A stretch of 63,649 bases of DNA, filler included, from Reclinomonas americana ATCC 50394 (lineage: Eukaryota), in NCBI GenBank assembly GCA_048213135.1. It is 15 parts of 15 records of this genome, joined end to end, with 100 filler letters (N's around TTAATTAATTAA, not from the genome) between each part and the next. Parts side by side here need not be neighbours in the genome. Positions count along the whole stretch, not along the records: positions 49,473 to 57,233 come from AFZH01022484.1; positions 57,334 to 61,775 come from AFZH01022485.1; positions 61,876 to 63,649 come from AFZH01022486.1; 12 more parts are not named here. One strand, written 5' to 3'. The translations under genes were made by a program, and so were the position numbers. This document shows, one piece after another, positions 51,867 to 63,649 of the stretch (positions are counted from its first letter, which is position 1; each line of letters opens with the position of its first letter). The notes beneath the pieces are model-generated. The model did not search any database, was not told the origin of the DNA, and saw only the letters and a list, made by a program, of their open reading frames with translations.

Positions 51867-54800
51867 CTATCCGCGCCCCTCCATCCCCCTCAACGCCCTC
51901 ACCAGACTCCTCGGCCTCCTCTCCTCATACGCCGGCTGCCGCGTGACCTGCCGCAGCGAGTCGACCTTGATCAGCGGCACAATCGACGGCCGCCCGTGTG
52001 CACACTGAAACGGCAGACGGCAGGCGGCCAGCTGGCGAATCATCTGCTGGCACGTCTCCAGCGACAGCGAGTCGCCAAACATGATCGCCCCGCGGCACGC
52101 CTTGTAGTTGATGATGCGCTGGTAGGCGAGTGGCGCGTAGAACTTGAGCGGCGTTCCCGCCTCCTGCAGCTGCTCGGCGTACTCGACCAGCTCGCGGCAG
52201 CCCAGTCGCTCGCCGCACACAAGAGGCACCTGTCGGAGGGTGACAGCGGTGCCGTCGGCGCTGTGCAAGAAGGTGTGAATGGAGAGGGAGGGGGCGGGGA
52301 AAGTGTGAGTGCGTCTGACGACGCAACGAGACCGAGAATAGCCAGCCCCAGCTCGTGCACTGCTTCTCGTACAGCTGCAGCAGGCGACCGATGTGGCTCT
52401 CGACAGTGACTCTAAACGAGACAGTGAGAGGGAGAGGACGATTGCATGGCGTCAACAAAGCACGCAACGTTTCGGGCGGCAACACAGCTTGCGTGGTGAT
52501 GTGCCTGTCGCCGAATCGCCGTCGCGAACTGCCGCCACCGACCTTGCCGAAGTACTCGACTTGCAGTTTCTCCACCCGGATCCTGGTGGAGGGGAAGGAG
52601 AGTGAGAAAAATAGATGAATCGCTAAGGCAAGCAAATCAATCTGCGAACCGCTCATCCGCCGCGTGCTGATCAATAACATACAGCACGCCGTCGGCCTCG
52701 GCCAGGATGAATTTGCGGTCGACTTGCGAGAGTACAGTCATGCGCTGCAACATGTTACGCTGGATCGACATGCTCGTCAGCAACACTTCGTCAAAGCCCG
52801 GTCGATTCACTTGTCTGCGAGTGGGAAGCATTGAGAAAAGTGATTAGTGTGTGCTTAGAAATGACGAAACTGTGGCCATCCATCACTGCCAAGCAGCGAC
52901 GCAATCGCCGGTGGCGGCACGGCAAACACTGGATTCTCCCATGTCTGCAGAAGAATGAGCAATTCGTGTGAAAGAAAAATGCAATGCAATGAGAAACCAA
53001 CACCTGCAACAGCCGCTCCACAAACTGCGCCGGCGTGTCCTCGGTCTCCTCCAAGCGACGAGCCATAAAGCGCGTCACCACTTGCAATGGAGATACTCCT
53101 TCCTTCTCCTTGCCCCCAGGCAATGTCTTGTCAACCTCATCCTTTTGTTCTTCCTCCTCCTCCCCCTCCCCCATGTCTTGTTCCACATGGTCATGCATGA
53201 CCACGTCATCACCACTCCGCACCTCCCGTGCCATTGCCGTCTCACATGCACAAGCATGACACCTGGCGGTCAGCAAGCCACCAACACCGTCGCCACCACA
53301 CTCTTGCGCTTGTGCATCTACCGCATCGTCATCCACTGTCACCTCCGACTCTGTCACCACTTCCTTCTCCCGCTGCTCGCTCGCACGTGACAGAGCTCCC
53401 AACAGTCGCACAGATCCGTCACCGCCTCGGCCAGCAGCCATTGCTGGTGGCGGTGGTGGTGGTGGCGACGGTGGCGACGGAGAAGAATAATCGTCGGGCA
53501 TGATCGCATCCAACTCCTCAGCGGAAAACTGTGGAACCACCGGCGACGACGACGACGCTTCACCACCTGCTCGTGTTCGCATCCACCGCGACAAAAAGCC
53601 AGTGCGTGATGCCGCGACGGCAGTCGGCTGCAGCAGGAGGGAGTGAGATGACTCGAAGAGAGCGAAAGCATGCGTCGGGAATGATGAACAAACTGTCGGT
53701 CGGTGTGACCACTGCGAGAGAACAGAGTCGACTGTCGGCCGCGGAGTGCGATGTCCAATTGCCGCTGCTGTCGGCGTGCGATGTGCCAAGCCAACACGGG
53801 GTGTGGCCAGCAACACATCGTTGACAGAGCGTGTGGCGGTCGGCGGGCGTACGGGTGTGATGGCCGGCGAATCAGCTGACGACAGTGGATTGTACAGGCC
53901 TTGATATGGAGAGGCAGGTTGAGATTAAGCAGCACTAAAAACATGGAAAAGTATCGTAACGCAACCGAATGATGGAGTTGGAACGGATGGTGGAATACTG
54001 AGCGAGGGAAAGAGTCAGTAGAAGAGGGCATTAACAGACGGGAGCAGCAAGGGCACCTCCTGTCATCATCCTCCGCTTCCGGCTCAGACTCGACGACCTC
54101 CACAACATCCTGCGCAGCATCTGGTGACTCACGCCCCACGGGCACTTCGACATCGACCACGGTAATGCCGTAGGCCGCCAGCACGGCACGCCGCACAACA
54201 TTGAGCACTCGCGACCAGTGCTGGAATTGCACCGTGTCCTTCTTGATGTCGTAGGTGATGTCGCAGGAGGTCGGCGGGCACTCGATGAATATCACGAAGG
54301 CGGGGACGTGCCTGCGGAGGGGAGGGGAGGTAGAAAGCAGAAGGGACAAGAAATGATGGGGTAGGGGGAGGAGGGCATCGAGCGGTAAGTGGAAGAAGGA
54401 TGCAAGGAGCAGCAACGACACAAGGAGCAGCGACACAAGGAGCAGCGACGACACGCACAATGAGCAGCGAAAACACAAGGAGCAGCGACGAAACAAGAAG
54501 CAGCGACGACACAAGAAGCAGCGACGACACAAGGTGCAGCGACGACACAAGGAGCAGCGACGACACAAGGAGCAGCAGCGACACAAGGAGCAGCGACAAC
54601 ACAAGGAGCAGCGACAAAACAAGGAGCAGCGACAATACAAGGAGCAGCGACGGTGCAAGGAGCAGCAGCGACGGTGCAAGGAGCAGCAGCGACACGAGGA
54701 GAGCAGCGACGCAAGGAGCAGCAGCGACACAAGGAGCACCGACACAAGGAGCACCGACACAAGGAGCACCGACACAAGGAGCACCGACACAAGGAGCACC

Positions 54801-56440
54801 GACACAAGGAGCACCGACACAAGGAGCACCGACACAAGGAGCAGCGACACAAGGAGCAGCAACGACACGAGGAGCAGCGACGACACAAGGAGCAGTGACG
54901 ACGCAAGGAGCAGCGACACCAGGAGCAGCGACACCAGGAGCAGCGACACCAGGAGCAGCGACACCAGGAGCAGCGACACCAGGAGCAGCGACACCAGGAG
55001 CAGCGACACCAGGAGCAGCGACACCAGGAGCAGCGACACCAGGAGAGCAGTGACACCAGGAGCAGCGACATGCAAAGCAGTGACACGCAAAGCAGCGACA
55101 AGGAGCAGAGACGACACAAGCAGCGACACATAAAGCAGTGCCACAAAGCAGCGACCACACAATACTCCACAATGTTGACGCACTTTGCAGAGTGGGTGGC
55201 AGTCAACGACGACGTCCACAACGTCGGCAGCTGCTTGCCGTGCACCACAGCCTCTCCTCCATCAGCATCCTCCTCATCTTCGCCCTCCAACTCTGCGTCG
55301 CCATCGTCGTCATCTTGGAGTGGCACAGGCCGCAAATGGCCCTTGGCTTCCATGTATCCACGAGTGACTGCCGAGTGCAATCGACTCTGGTGAATGGCAC
55401 GCCCGTTCACATCTGCCACAATGAATGTAAGCGACATGCACAGTGATGTGCGAGAAAGGCGCATCGATACGCACAAACAAACTGAAAGTTCTGCAATCAT
55501 CACGAAGGTGAGCAGCCAATCACACTCACACAGGACTCTCTCTCACACACAAAACGCACCTTTGATCGATACACCTGCGCAAACGGCGAAATGTGGCCGT
55601 GCACGCGAATGCTCTCCTCGCCATCGGCGTACTCACACGGCAGAAAGTCACGCGTCGCCATGCCGAAAATCTCCCGAAAGCGCGTCAGCGGCGACTGCAC
55701 TCGTCGCAACTCCAGCAGTCGCTGCTGTGTCGCTCCGTCGGTGAGCGTAAAGAGCACACCGGGCGCGGCGATCGCCAACTCCTCCACGGCACGTCGCACA
55801 GCGTGCATGTCGGCGGAGTGCGACACGGTGCGACAGCGCACCGGCAGGTTGTAGAACATGTCGCGACACACCATGGTGGTGCCGTGTGTGACACGCGTCG
55901 CTGCCTCCACCGCGGCCGTCGTGCACCCGAGTCGCTTCGTGAAGGCTTGCGACGACTGTTGGTGACGACTGACCACCTCCATGTGCGAGAGGAGGGCCAG
56001 TGAATTGAGTGCTTCGCCGCGGAAACCGTACGTCGACACCCGCGACAAGTCGTCCACGGTGGTGATCTTGGAGGTGGCTGTGATGGGGGTTGGCAAGAGC
56101 AGGGGATAGATAGATAGAGGGGACATGGGTCGTACCATATCGCTCGCCCAGCAACTGCATGTCGGCGTGTGCGATACCAATGCCGTTGTCGTGCACCTCG
56201 ATGCAGCCGTCGCCGCGACCGCTGTGAATCGTTACGGTAATGTCGATGCGGGTGCTGTTGGCGTCGAGGGCTGTGCGCAAGAGAGAGAGAGGGTGAAAGG
56301 GAGAAGGATGGAGGAGAATCGGAAAGCTTCTGCGCTTGCTCACCATTGAGCACCAACTCCACCACCGCCTGCGCGTACGACTGAATGCTGAAGCCGGATC
56401 GTAGTTGCAACACCAGCGGATCGCTCAGGCGCACAATCAT
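51867..56440 (-). CDS. MLH3: MutL homolog 3 (multi-exon)
   Basis: GHKL motifs [29 protein letters not shown] and DMFYNLPVR. Endonuclease motif QVDRKFI...[14 protein letters not shown]-terminal [10 protein letters not shown] and [11 protein letters not shown]. Confidence 0.92.
54405..55130. repeat. 15/18-bp minisatellite (acacaaggagcagcg variants) inside an MLH3 intron
   Basis: Seen directly. It generates the spurious low-complexity ORFs in this interval. Confidence 0.92.
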
Positions 56441-56554
56441 GGCCGCAGAGGAGAGTGGAGGGTGGATCAACAGAACTGCCACGGAGACAGCAAGTTAGAA
56501 ACGGCGGAAGATTGACGAGAGGTGCGTCGGAGAGATAATCTGCGAGCCTCTTTA

Positions 56555-56930
56555 ACCAGTGACAGGAAGGGTTTTTTTTGGTGATCAGTTCCTCGAGTTG
56601 AAGGGCGCAAGGCAGACAGCAGATGAACAGAAAAGTAACAGGAAGGGTTGCTTGGTGATCTCTCGAGTTGAAGTGAGCGATGCAGAGAGTGGGTGAAGAG
56701 AATAAGCAGGAGTCTCTGTGCTCTCAGGTCCCCGAGTTGAAGTGCACAATGCAGACGATGAATGGACAGAAAAGTAACAGGAAGGTTAGGTTTCTTGGTG
56801 ATCTCTCTCAGTTCGAGTTGAAGGGCGCAAGGCAGACGATGGATGAACAGAAAAGTAACAGGAAGGGTTTCTTGGTGATCTCTCAGTTCCTCGAGTTGAA
56901 GTGCTCAATGCAGACGATCAATGAATGAAC
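56555..56930. repeat. ~75-bp degenerate tandem repeat, about 5 copies, upstream of MLH3
   Basis: Recurring gagttgaag...gcagac...acagaaaagtaacaggaagg...ttggtgatc. Confidence 0.82.
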
Positions 56931-57789
56931 CAGCGGCACGACGATCTCCTCTCCGACTCTCTTCCTCTCTGAGCTCCACTTTCAGCACAAAGAATGCGCA
57001 CAATCACAACTCGACTTGAATTGCGATGCAGACTGCAGATGAACGAACTGGCGACAGCAGAGAAGACTCTTCTCTCCTCTCTCTCTTCTCTTTCTTCTCT
57101 CTCCACCCTCGCAGCGCACCTTCTCGCTCACGCCCGACTTGAACAATCTAACACAGATCACCGATGAACCAAAGTGTGCACTGCTTCTTTTCAGAATGGA
57201 GCGCGTCAAGGAGGGTTCCGCACACTTCTTCGTNNNNNNNNNNNNNNNNNNNNNNNNNNNNNNNNNNNNNNNNNNNNTTAATTAATTAANNNNNNNNNNN
57301 NNNNNNNNNNNNNNNNNNNNNNNNNNNNNNNNNAGAGAGAGAGAGAGAGAAAGAAAGAGGAAGGAGAGAGACAGAACAAGACAACTCGGAAAATTGAGAG
57401 AGAGAGAGAGGGAGGGGGAGGGGAAGGGAAGGTTGTGTGTGTGTGTGCGTGCGAGAGAGAGAGAGAGAGAGCTGTGTGCGAGAGTAAGAGAAAGACAAGA
57501 AAGACATTGAGAACAATGCATTTTTGTTTTTGTTTGTGTGTGAGAGAGAGAGAGAAGAGTGTGTGCGTGTGTGCGTGTTTGTGTGTGTGTGTGTGTGTGC
57601 GTGAGAGAGAGAGAGAGAACATGCATTCATCATGCCTCACCGTAGTGTGCAAACCTTCTTTACAGACTGTTTTCGCCGTTTCTCGGCTTCTCCACCGCCT
57701 GCCCAACACTCGCACAATACGGCAATGTTCCGCTCTCTGCTCGCCCTTTCATCTCTGCGAACACTCACTCACAGCCTTCTCCTCTCAAG

Positions 57790-59784
57790 GACTACCCGCA
57801 AGCCGAGCAACTGCTGCTTGTCAGCGGCATTGCCGGTCGCTCGGGTGCCTTTGGAGTGCGCTTGCCTGCGCGAGTGGTGCGTGCGTTGGAGACGCGTGGG
57901 ATTCGGCATGAGGCGCTCGCGGGCAATGTGCGCGTGTCGTGGCAGTGCTGTGATGTGACGGATTTGTTGCGGCCGCCAATGGCAGCGAGTGGCGGGGGAA
58001 GGCAGCAGCAGCCGCCGCAGAGGGCGAGTGTGGAGCATTTGGGGTGCTTCGAGGCGGTGTTTAATTTGGTGACGCATGTTGCGTGGCAATGTGGGAAGGG
58101 GGAAGTGGGGAGCTTAGTGTGGTGTCGGCACACTGTCTTCTGCATGGCTTGCGAGATGGTGAAGAGTAGCTCTCCTTCCATGTTCTCTCTTGTCTTCTGC
58201 TGTTGCGCGTGGACATGCAATGGCGTCTCGCAGCGTGAAGAATGCTGTAGCGGAACTCTTGATCTGAGTTCTCTCCTCCATAGTTTCCTTTGCCCTTGCG
58301 GCGCTTCGTTGTGTGCTAGTTAGTCTTGCATGATAGTGAAGTCGAGACTCGCCTTCCACTGTCTGCTGGACATGCATGGCGTCTCATGGCTCTTATGTCT
58401 GATTTGCGAGATCTAGTGGCTTGACTCGCGATCTCCGTTTGTACGGTGGACTTGAAACTGTTATCTCCAGCCGTGGCACTCATTCGAATGTCTTGCTCTC
58501 TTCTGCCTTCTTCTCTGCTCTGCAGTTGTGTCTGCATCGCATCTTCATCGTGTACTTGTCTCGTCATCTTGACTGTTGATTTCCAGGCTATGCTCTCTCT
58601 CTCTTTCTCCATCGCTCCCAGCTTCTCGCTCTCGCAACCGTTCCTGCACCCTGTTGCTTGTCTCCGTCCTGACGTCGTCGCTTTCTCGCTCGCGCTTTTC
58701 CTTTTTCGCTATTCTGCTTCTCTTTCTCCTCCTCTCTTCCCTTTTCCTCCCCCTTCTCCCTTCCTCAGTTCCCCCCTCCCCACCCTTCTCCTTTTGTCCC
58801 CCTCCCCGTGTGCAGGCCTTCCTGTACCCCTCCGTCATCCCGCAAGCCGGCAAGCGCGAGCAATCTTTCCCCAGCCTCGGCCTCATCATGACCCACCAGC
58901 AAGTGGCTCGCCCATCCGCCACCGAGGCGCAACCCGGAGGCGGAGGTCAGCGTGGACGTGGAAAGCGTGGGGGCCGCGGTGGCCGTGGCGGTGGCGGTCG
59001 TGGTGGTGGCGGTCGTCGTGGATATGATGATGAAGATGAGGACGAGGAGGACGAGGATGGAGAATGCGATCCACCGCCAACCGCTGGCGCCAGTGGCAGC
59101 TCTGCGACCGCCGCTGCACCTGCTGCTTTTGCCGGCGGTAAGCCCACTGTGGAGGAGGAGGAGCGAGCGATTCTCGCGCGTTTCGATGACCCGGAGCTTT
59201 CGAGCAGCGCCAAGCGGCGACTGCGACGACGGCTGAATGCACTGCGTCGGAAGGGCGATGGCGACGAGGCCGATCCAGACGAGGAAACTATTCCCACAGT
59301 CGTCTCTGCTGCCGCTCCTGTCGCTCCTCCTGCAGTAGAAGAGGCGGAGCCAGTGGCCGAGGAGGACGAGGTGGTGGACCAGCCAGCCGTCAATCTCATT
59401 CCGCAGCGCTTCGTGGCCAAGAGCGGTCTGCGCTTTGGCAGCCTCTCCAAGCTGCGCGTGTCGATCCACACCGACAAGCGCGGCTTCACGTGCCTGTCGC
59501 CCAACAATTGCCGCCTCAAGCTGCTGTACCGCGTCGACGAGAGTGGCGACGGCGTGTCGGTGCTGCCTGGATTCTGCGCGTTCTGGAGTGTGGTGGTGCG
59601 CGAGGATGGCGCGGCGGCGTCGGTGTGCTTGCACTGGGTGCTGTCGCAGGCGCGCTCAACGCCGCTCTTCCGCATCCTGCAAGAGTCGTTTACGTTGGCG
59701 CGATTGCTCGACTCGCTGCCGGAGGCGGTGGCGGCCGATCATCCCGAGGCGTTGGTAGAGGTGATGGAGCTGTGTGGTGTGTAA
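57790..59784 (+). CDS. Hypothetical protein (multi-exon; RGG-rich and acidic linker; 5' end unresolved)
   Basis: An exon at ~57790-58104 (DYPQAEQLLLVSGIAGRSG...WQCGKGE) and a terminal exon ~58816-59784 (AFLYPSVIPQAGKRE...RGGRGGRGG...EVMELCGV*) follow a polypyrimidine acceptor. I do not recognise the family. Confidence 0.6.
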
Positions 59785-60221
59785 TGCATCAAGCGATGAT
59801 AGATGTGACGGGGGGAAAGGGATGTGGTGAAGAGGAAGGGTTGTCAGAGAGCTATGTTGGGTTGCGACGCAGAAGCAGAAAGGAAGTCGTGGTGATGTTT
59901 CGCTGACCATATGCACACGGCATTCATCGATTGGAGAGGAGGAAGGTTGACATATTTATGACAGTTGCACACCTTGGCATCGCAATCTGACACCGCTTGC
60001 TGGACAGCATGCAACCGCACTGCTCTCCACCCGATTACCTAGCACCATCCCTTCTCCTTACAATGGTGACAGATTTCATTTCACATACTCCTCCCCTCTT
60101 CTCGCACACGCCAACAAAGGGTGCGTGCACTGGGGACTAAAGCACCCAGCAGCACGCAACTCCTCGTGACCACGATGTACAGCAACAACCCGCACCGGCG
60201 GGCGCAAACAGTTTCTCTTTT

Positions 60222-63081
60222 CTACAACAGCGAACCGTCCTGGAAGCACAGATTGCGGCGCGCCAAGACTTCGTATTCAAACAGCGCGCACTCGGTCGCT
60301 GCGAAAATGGACAAGAGTGAGAGACTGGCGAAGACCAGAGAAAAGGCAACGAGTGAACACACCGATAAATAGTGTCTCGCCATTCGGCGAAAACGTGAGG
60401 CCAGTAATCTGCGCATCCTCGAGGCCGAAAGGCTCCAAACGCAGCACCTGCGACAAGGGATAAGTAGGTGCACTCCATAAAGGACGCAGCACTCGTCACC
60501 AACCTGCTCATGCTCGAAGGACTGCGTGTCGACGACGTGGAGGAAGCTGGACGACTCGGCAAACACTGCGGGTCAATCGTGGTGAGATACAGACTGGTGA
60601 TCAGAAGCAAGAGAGTTGCACGAACCCAGCAGTGGCACAGTGACGTTCGGGTTGAACTTCAGAGCACGTGCAGAGCCCTGCATACACAACGTGAGACGCG
60701 CGACGAAGTGAACTCGCCTCACAAATTCTGCAAACCTTTTCCGTCTCAAACGTGGCCACCAGTAGGTCACTGGAGGCGTCGTACACGGCCACGTGGCCGT
60801 CCTTGCTGGCCACTGCAAAATGGGAGGTGGTCGGATCCCAGCTGGTGCTCATGCAGCCGGCACCGGTCGGGAACACTGCGACGAGTGAGTGAGCGATCGC
60901 AAAGACCTCTTTCTCATCACAGCAGACGCACCGTCAATGGTGTTGCTGGGCACTGGGTCGAACCCGCTGCAGCCGACCGCCGAGTGCACGCACACCTTGC
61001 CGCCGCGAGTGATCAGCAGGCGACCAGTGCGCGAGCACACAGAGACGTGACGCACGGCACTCGGCGCCGTCATCACCTCCAACACGGTCATGCTGGGCAG
61101 CTCACACACTGCGGCACGCAAAGAGTGAGCAAGCAGAACGCACACAGCACCCTGTGGAAGCCAAACAAACCTCGCACAGCGCCGTCGTCACCCGTCACCA
61201 CCAAGTACGCCAACTGGTGCTGCGAGGCGGCGACCTGGACCGACGTGTCGACCTCCATCCCCTGCTGCTGCTGCTGCGTGCCGACACGCGACCACGTTCG
61301 CACTGGTGGGCGGCGACGAATGGCGGCCTGCAGCACTTGGGAGGCGGTCATCGTCGCCGCTCCTGCAGCCGCCACCGCCTTTTGCTTCTTCAACACGGAA
61401 CGAGCCATGCCGCCGTTGGTGGGCAGCGTGGCGGTGAAAGCCAGGCCGCACACGTGCGCACGGCCGACGGCGCCGTTGAACACGCACTGCATGTCGGCGA
61501 GGCGGAACACGCACAGATTGCCGTCGGCGCCTCCCACGACGCAGTAGCCGGAGGTGGTGGAGGCGTTCATGGTGGTGGGTTGGAAGTCGAGGGTGGCGAG
61601 GTCGCGAACCTGCCAAGAGGGGAGATAAGGAGAAGGGGGAAAGGGGGGAAGTGGGCAACAATGGGAGCAGAGTGAGGGAGGAAGCGACGAGCAGAGCGGA
61701 GGGAGTGGGGCGAGAGGGGCAGACCGGAAAAGGTGGAGAGAGAAGAGTAGATCGGAGCAGAGCGGAGGGAGTGGANNNNNNNNNNNNNNNNNNNNNNNNN
61801 NNNNNNNNNNNNNNNNNNNTTAATTAATTAANNNNNNNNNNNNNNNNNNNNNNNNNNNNNNNNNNNNNNNNNNNNGGAAAGGGTGGAGCGAGAGGAGCAG
61901 AGCGAAGAAAGTGGAACGTGAGGAACAGAGAGGGAGTGCAACGTGAGGAACAGAGAGGGAGTGCAACGAGAGGAGCAGAGCGGAGGGAGTGGAACGAGAG
62001 GAGCAGAGCAGAGGGAGTGGAGCGACAGGAGCAGAGTGGAGAAGGAGTGCAACAGGAGCGGAGCAGAGGGAGTGGAGCGAGAGGGGCAGAGCGGACGGAG
62101 TGCAACGAGAGGAGCAAAGAGCGGAGGGAGTGCAACGAGAGGAGCAGAATGGAAAGCAGAGAGGAGAGGAGAGGAGGGAGTGCAACGAGAGGAGCAGAGC
62201 GGAGGGAGTGGAGCGGGAGGAGCAGAGCGAAGGGAGTGGAACGAGAGGAGCGACACAGAAGAGTCTGATCTCCAAACAAACCTGCCCAGTTCGAGTATGA
62301 AACTCTTGCAGCGTGCGACCGGCAAACATCACTCGCCCAGGCTCCACGCTCCACAGAAGATCACAGCCATGCCTGTTTCGAGAAAGGAATATTCGATTTG
62401 CATCTCATGAGAAAACAACTCACGCAGAGGAGGAGAGGAGACGTGAGAAGCAGAGGAGAGAAGGGGAAGACATACACGCGCAGAGAGAGGGAGTGAGAGA
62501 GCAGGAGAGACAACAAGACTGTGAGAAAGAGCGGGAGAGTGAGTGACGGTTACAAAGTGGAAGAGAGTGGGCAAGAGAATGGATGCAGAGAAGCCCGCAG
62601 AGTGCACAAGCAGCAGAGGCGGGAAGCGCGGCTTCCAAGTCGTGTTGGAACTCGGATCTCACGACATGACACACAACTGCCACTCATGACAATCACCAGG
62701 AGAACGCGCATACACAGAGAGAGACACAGACACGCAAACAGAGGAGCAGACGCACGTTCACACAAAGAGAGTGATAGAGAGAGAAGAGCAGGAAGAGGAG
62801 AGAGAACGACAACACGTGTTCGATTTCGCGCACTTTTCACTCTCCTCTTCCCCCTCCCTTCCACTCACACTCTCTGAGACACGCAACTGGCGATCAGCAT
62901 TGATCTGCACCGGATGCTGCCTCAACAGACGCACCATGGGCGCGCGATCAACGGCCATGCACTCAACGTCGCCACTCATCAACGTCGACGAAGCCAATGT
63001 CGCAGCAGACGCCAGCAACAACACGCCAGAAGAGGAAGCTGATGAGGAAGAAGACGAAGACCCGCTGCTGTCACTGCTCAT
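60222..63081 (-). CDS. WD40-repeat protein of the DUF2415-associated type (multi-exon)
   Basis: Exons encode LDFQPTTM...CVVGGADG, STSWDPTTSHFAVASKDGHVAVYD, GSARALKF, FAESSSFLHVVDTQSFEHEQ, QITGLTFSPNGETLFIG and LFEYEV...FQDGSLL*. Confidence 0.7.
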
Positions 63082-63140
63082 TTCTGCAAAGAAAATGATT
63101 GGTGTCCTCGCGGGACGCATTACATTGATCACAAATCGAA

Positions 63141-63422
63141 ATGCCGAGAGAACTGAGCGCGTTTGAGTGCTCCTCGTGGCTGCAGCGACACGGATTCATA
63201 GTGCCTCCTGTGTACGACTACAATGCGCATCAGCAATGGGTGTGGTGGCATCAGTGGAATCAGTGGCAACAACAACAACAACAACTTCCTGCTGTGTCCG
63301 CTTTTGTGCCTGAGGAGGAAGAAGTGGAGCAAGAGGAGGAAGTGGAAGAGGAGGAGTTCCGCATGGAGTTAAGCGATGAAATGATGGCGTTGCTGCGGAG
63401 TGGAGCGGAACGGAGGCGAAAG
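63141..63422 (+). CDS. First exon of a possible Gemin8-like protein (runs off the window)
   Basis: A W/H/Q-rich helix, then an acidic run and FRMELSDEMMALLRSGAERRRK, followed by a GTGAGT donor. It resembles the Gemin8 core from memory only. Confidence 0.35.
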
Positions 63423-63519
63423 AGTGAGTGATTGAGGGGCAAGGGAAAGGGCAAGGGAGAGAGAGACGCAATGAGAGAGAGAGAGAGAGAGAGGAGGAGG
63501 AAGGGAGGAGTGAGTGAGT

Positions 63520-63550
<31 letters not shown>

Positions 63551-63570
63551 GAGGGAGAGTAGAGATGAGT

Positions 63571-63601
<31 letters not shown>

Positions 63602-63649
63602 CGAAGACGACGACGAACAAAGAAGGAGGAGGACACATACAGAGAGGAG

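Noticed and set aside
53354..55503. Long Cys-, Leu- or Ala-rich ORFs
   Set aside because: These are translations of the 15/18-bp intronic minisatellite inside MLH3.
56555..56930. CRISPR-like array (also considered for 27378-28050 and 30760-32060)
   Set aside because: Whole units are homologous with no unique spacers, there are no cas genes, and the context is eukaryotic.

Overview
This is eukaryotic genomic DNA, most likely from a protist. It has GC-rich exons, short spliceosomal introns and CT/GA microsatellite-rich introns. The scaffold has 14 artificial ~100-nt spacers (N-TTAATTAATTAA-N). The first ~23.5 kb is a fast-evolving repeat-protein island. It holds (i) three copies of a minus-strand ankyrin gene (family A) and two copies of a plus-strand ankyrin gene (family B), arranged as duplicated head-to-head A/B pairs; splicing joins a last exon to family B that ends in an F-box-like motif (LPEELxxxIAxx*); (ii) five tandem 7-bladed WD40 genes with variable surface positions and a shared C-terminal tail (VDSRCLPEMVLRCFIV); and (iii) a Crinkler/RHS-type coiled-coil + P-loop NTPase + restriction-endonuclease-like gene broken by one in-frame TAG. 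The rest is mostly housekeeping genes: an MFS transporter, an alkylglycerol monooxygenase (AGMO)-like gene, a small membrane protein, a CMGC-like pseudokinase, a USP36/42-like deubiquitinase, QCR7, MLH3, a hypothetical protein, a DUF2415-type WD40 protein and a possible Gemin8-like gene. There are many intronic and intergenic minisatellites, and several homology-supported introns use an unusual GTTGCG donor. All gene models were made by eye and no database searches were run.
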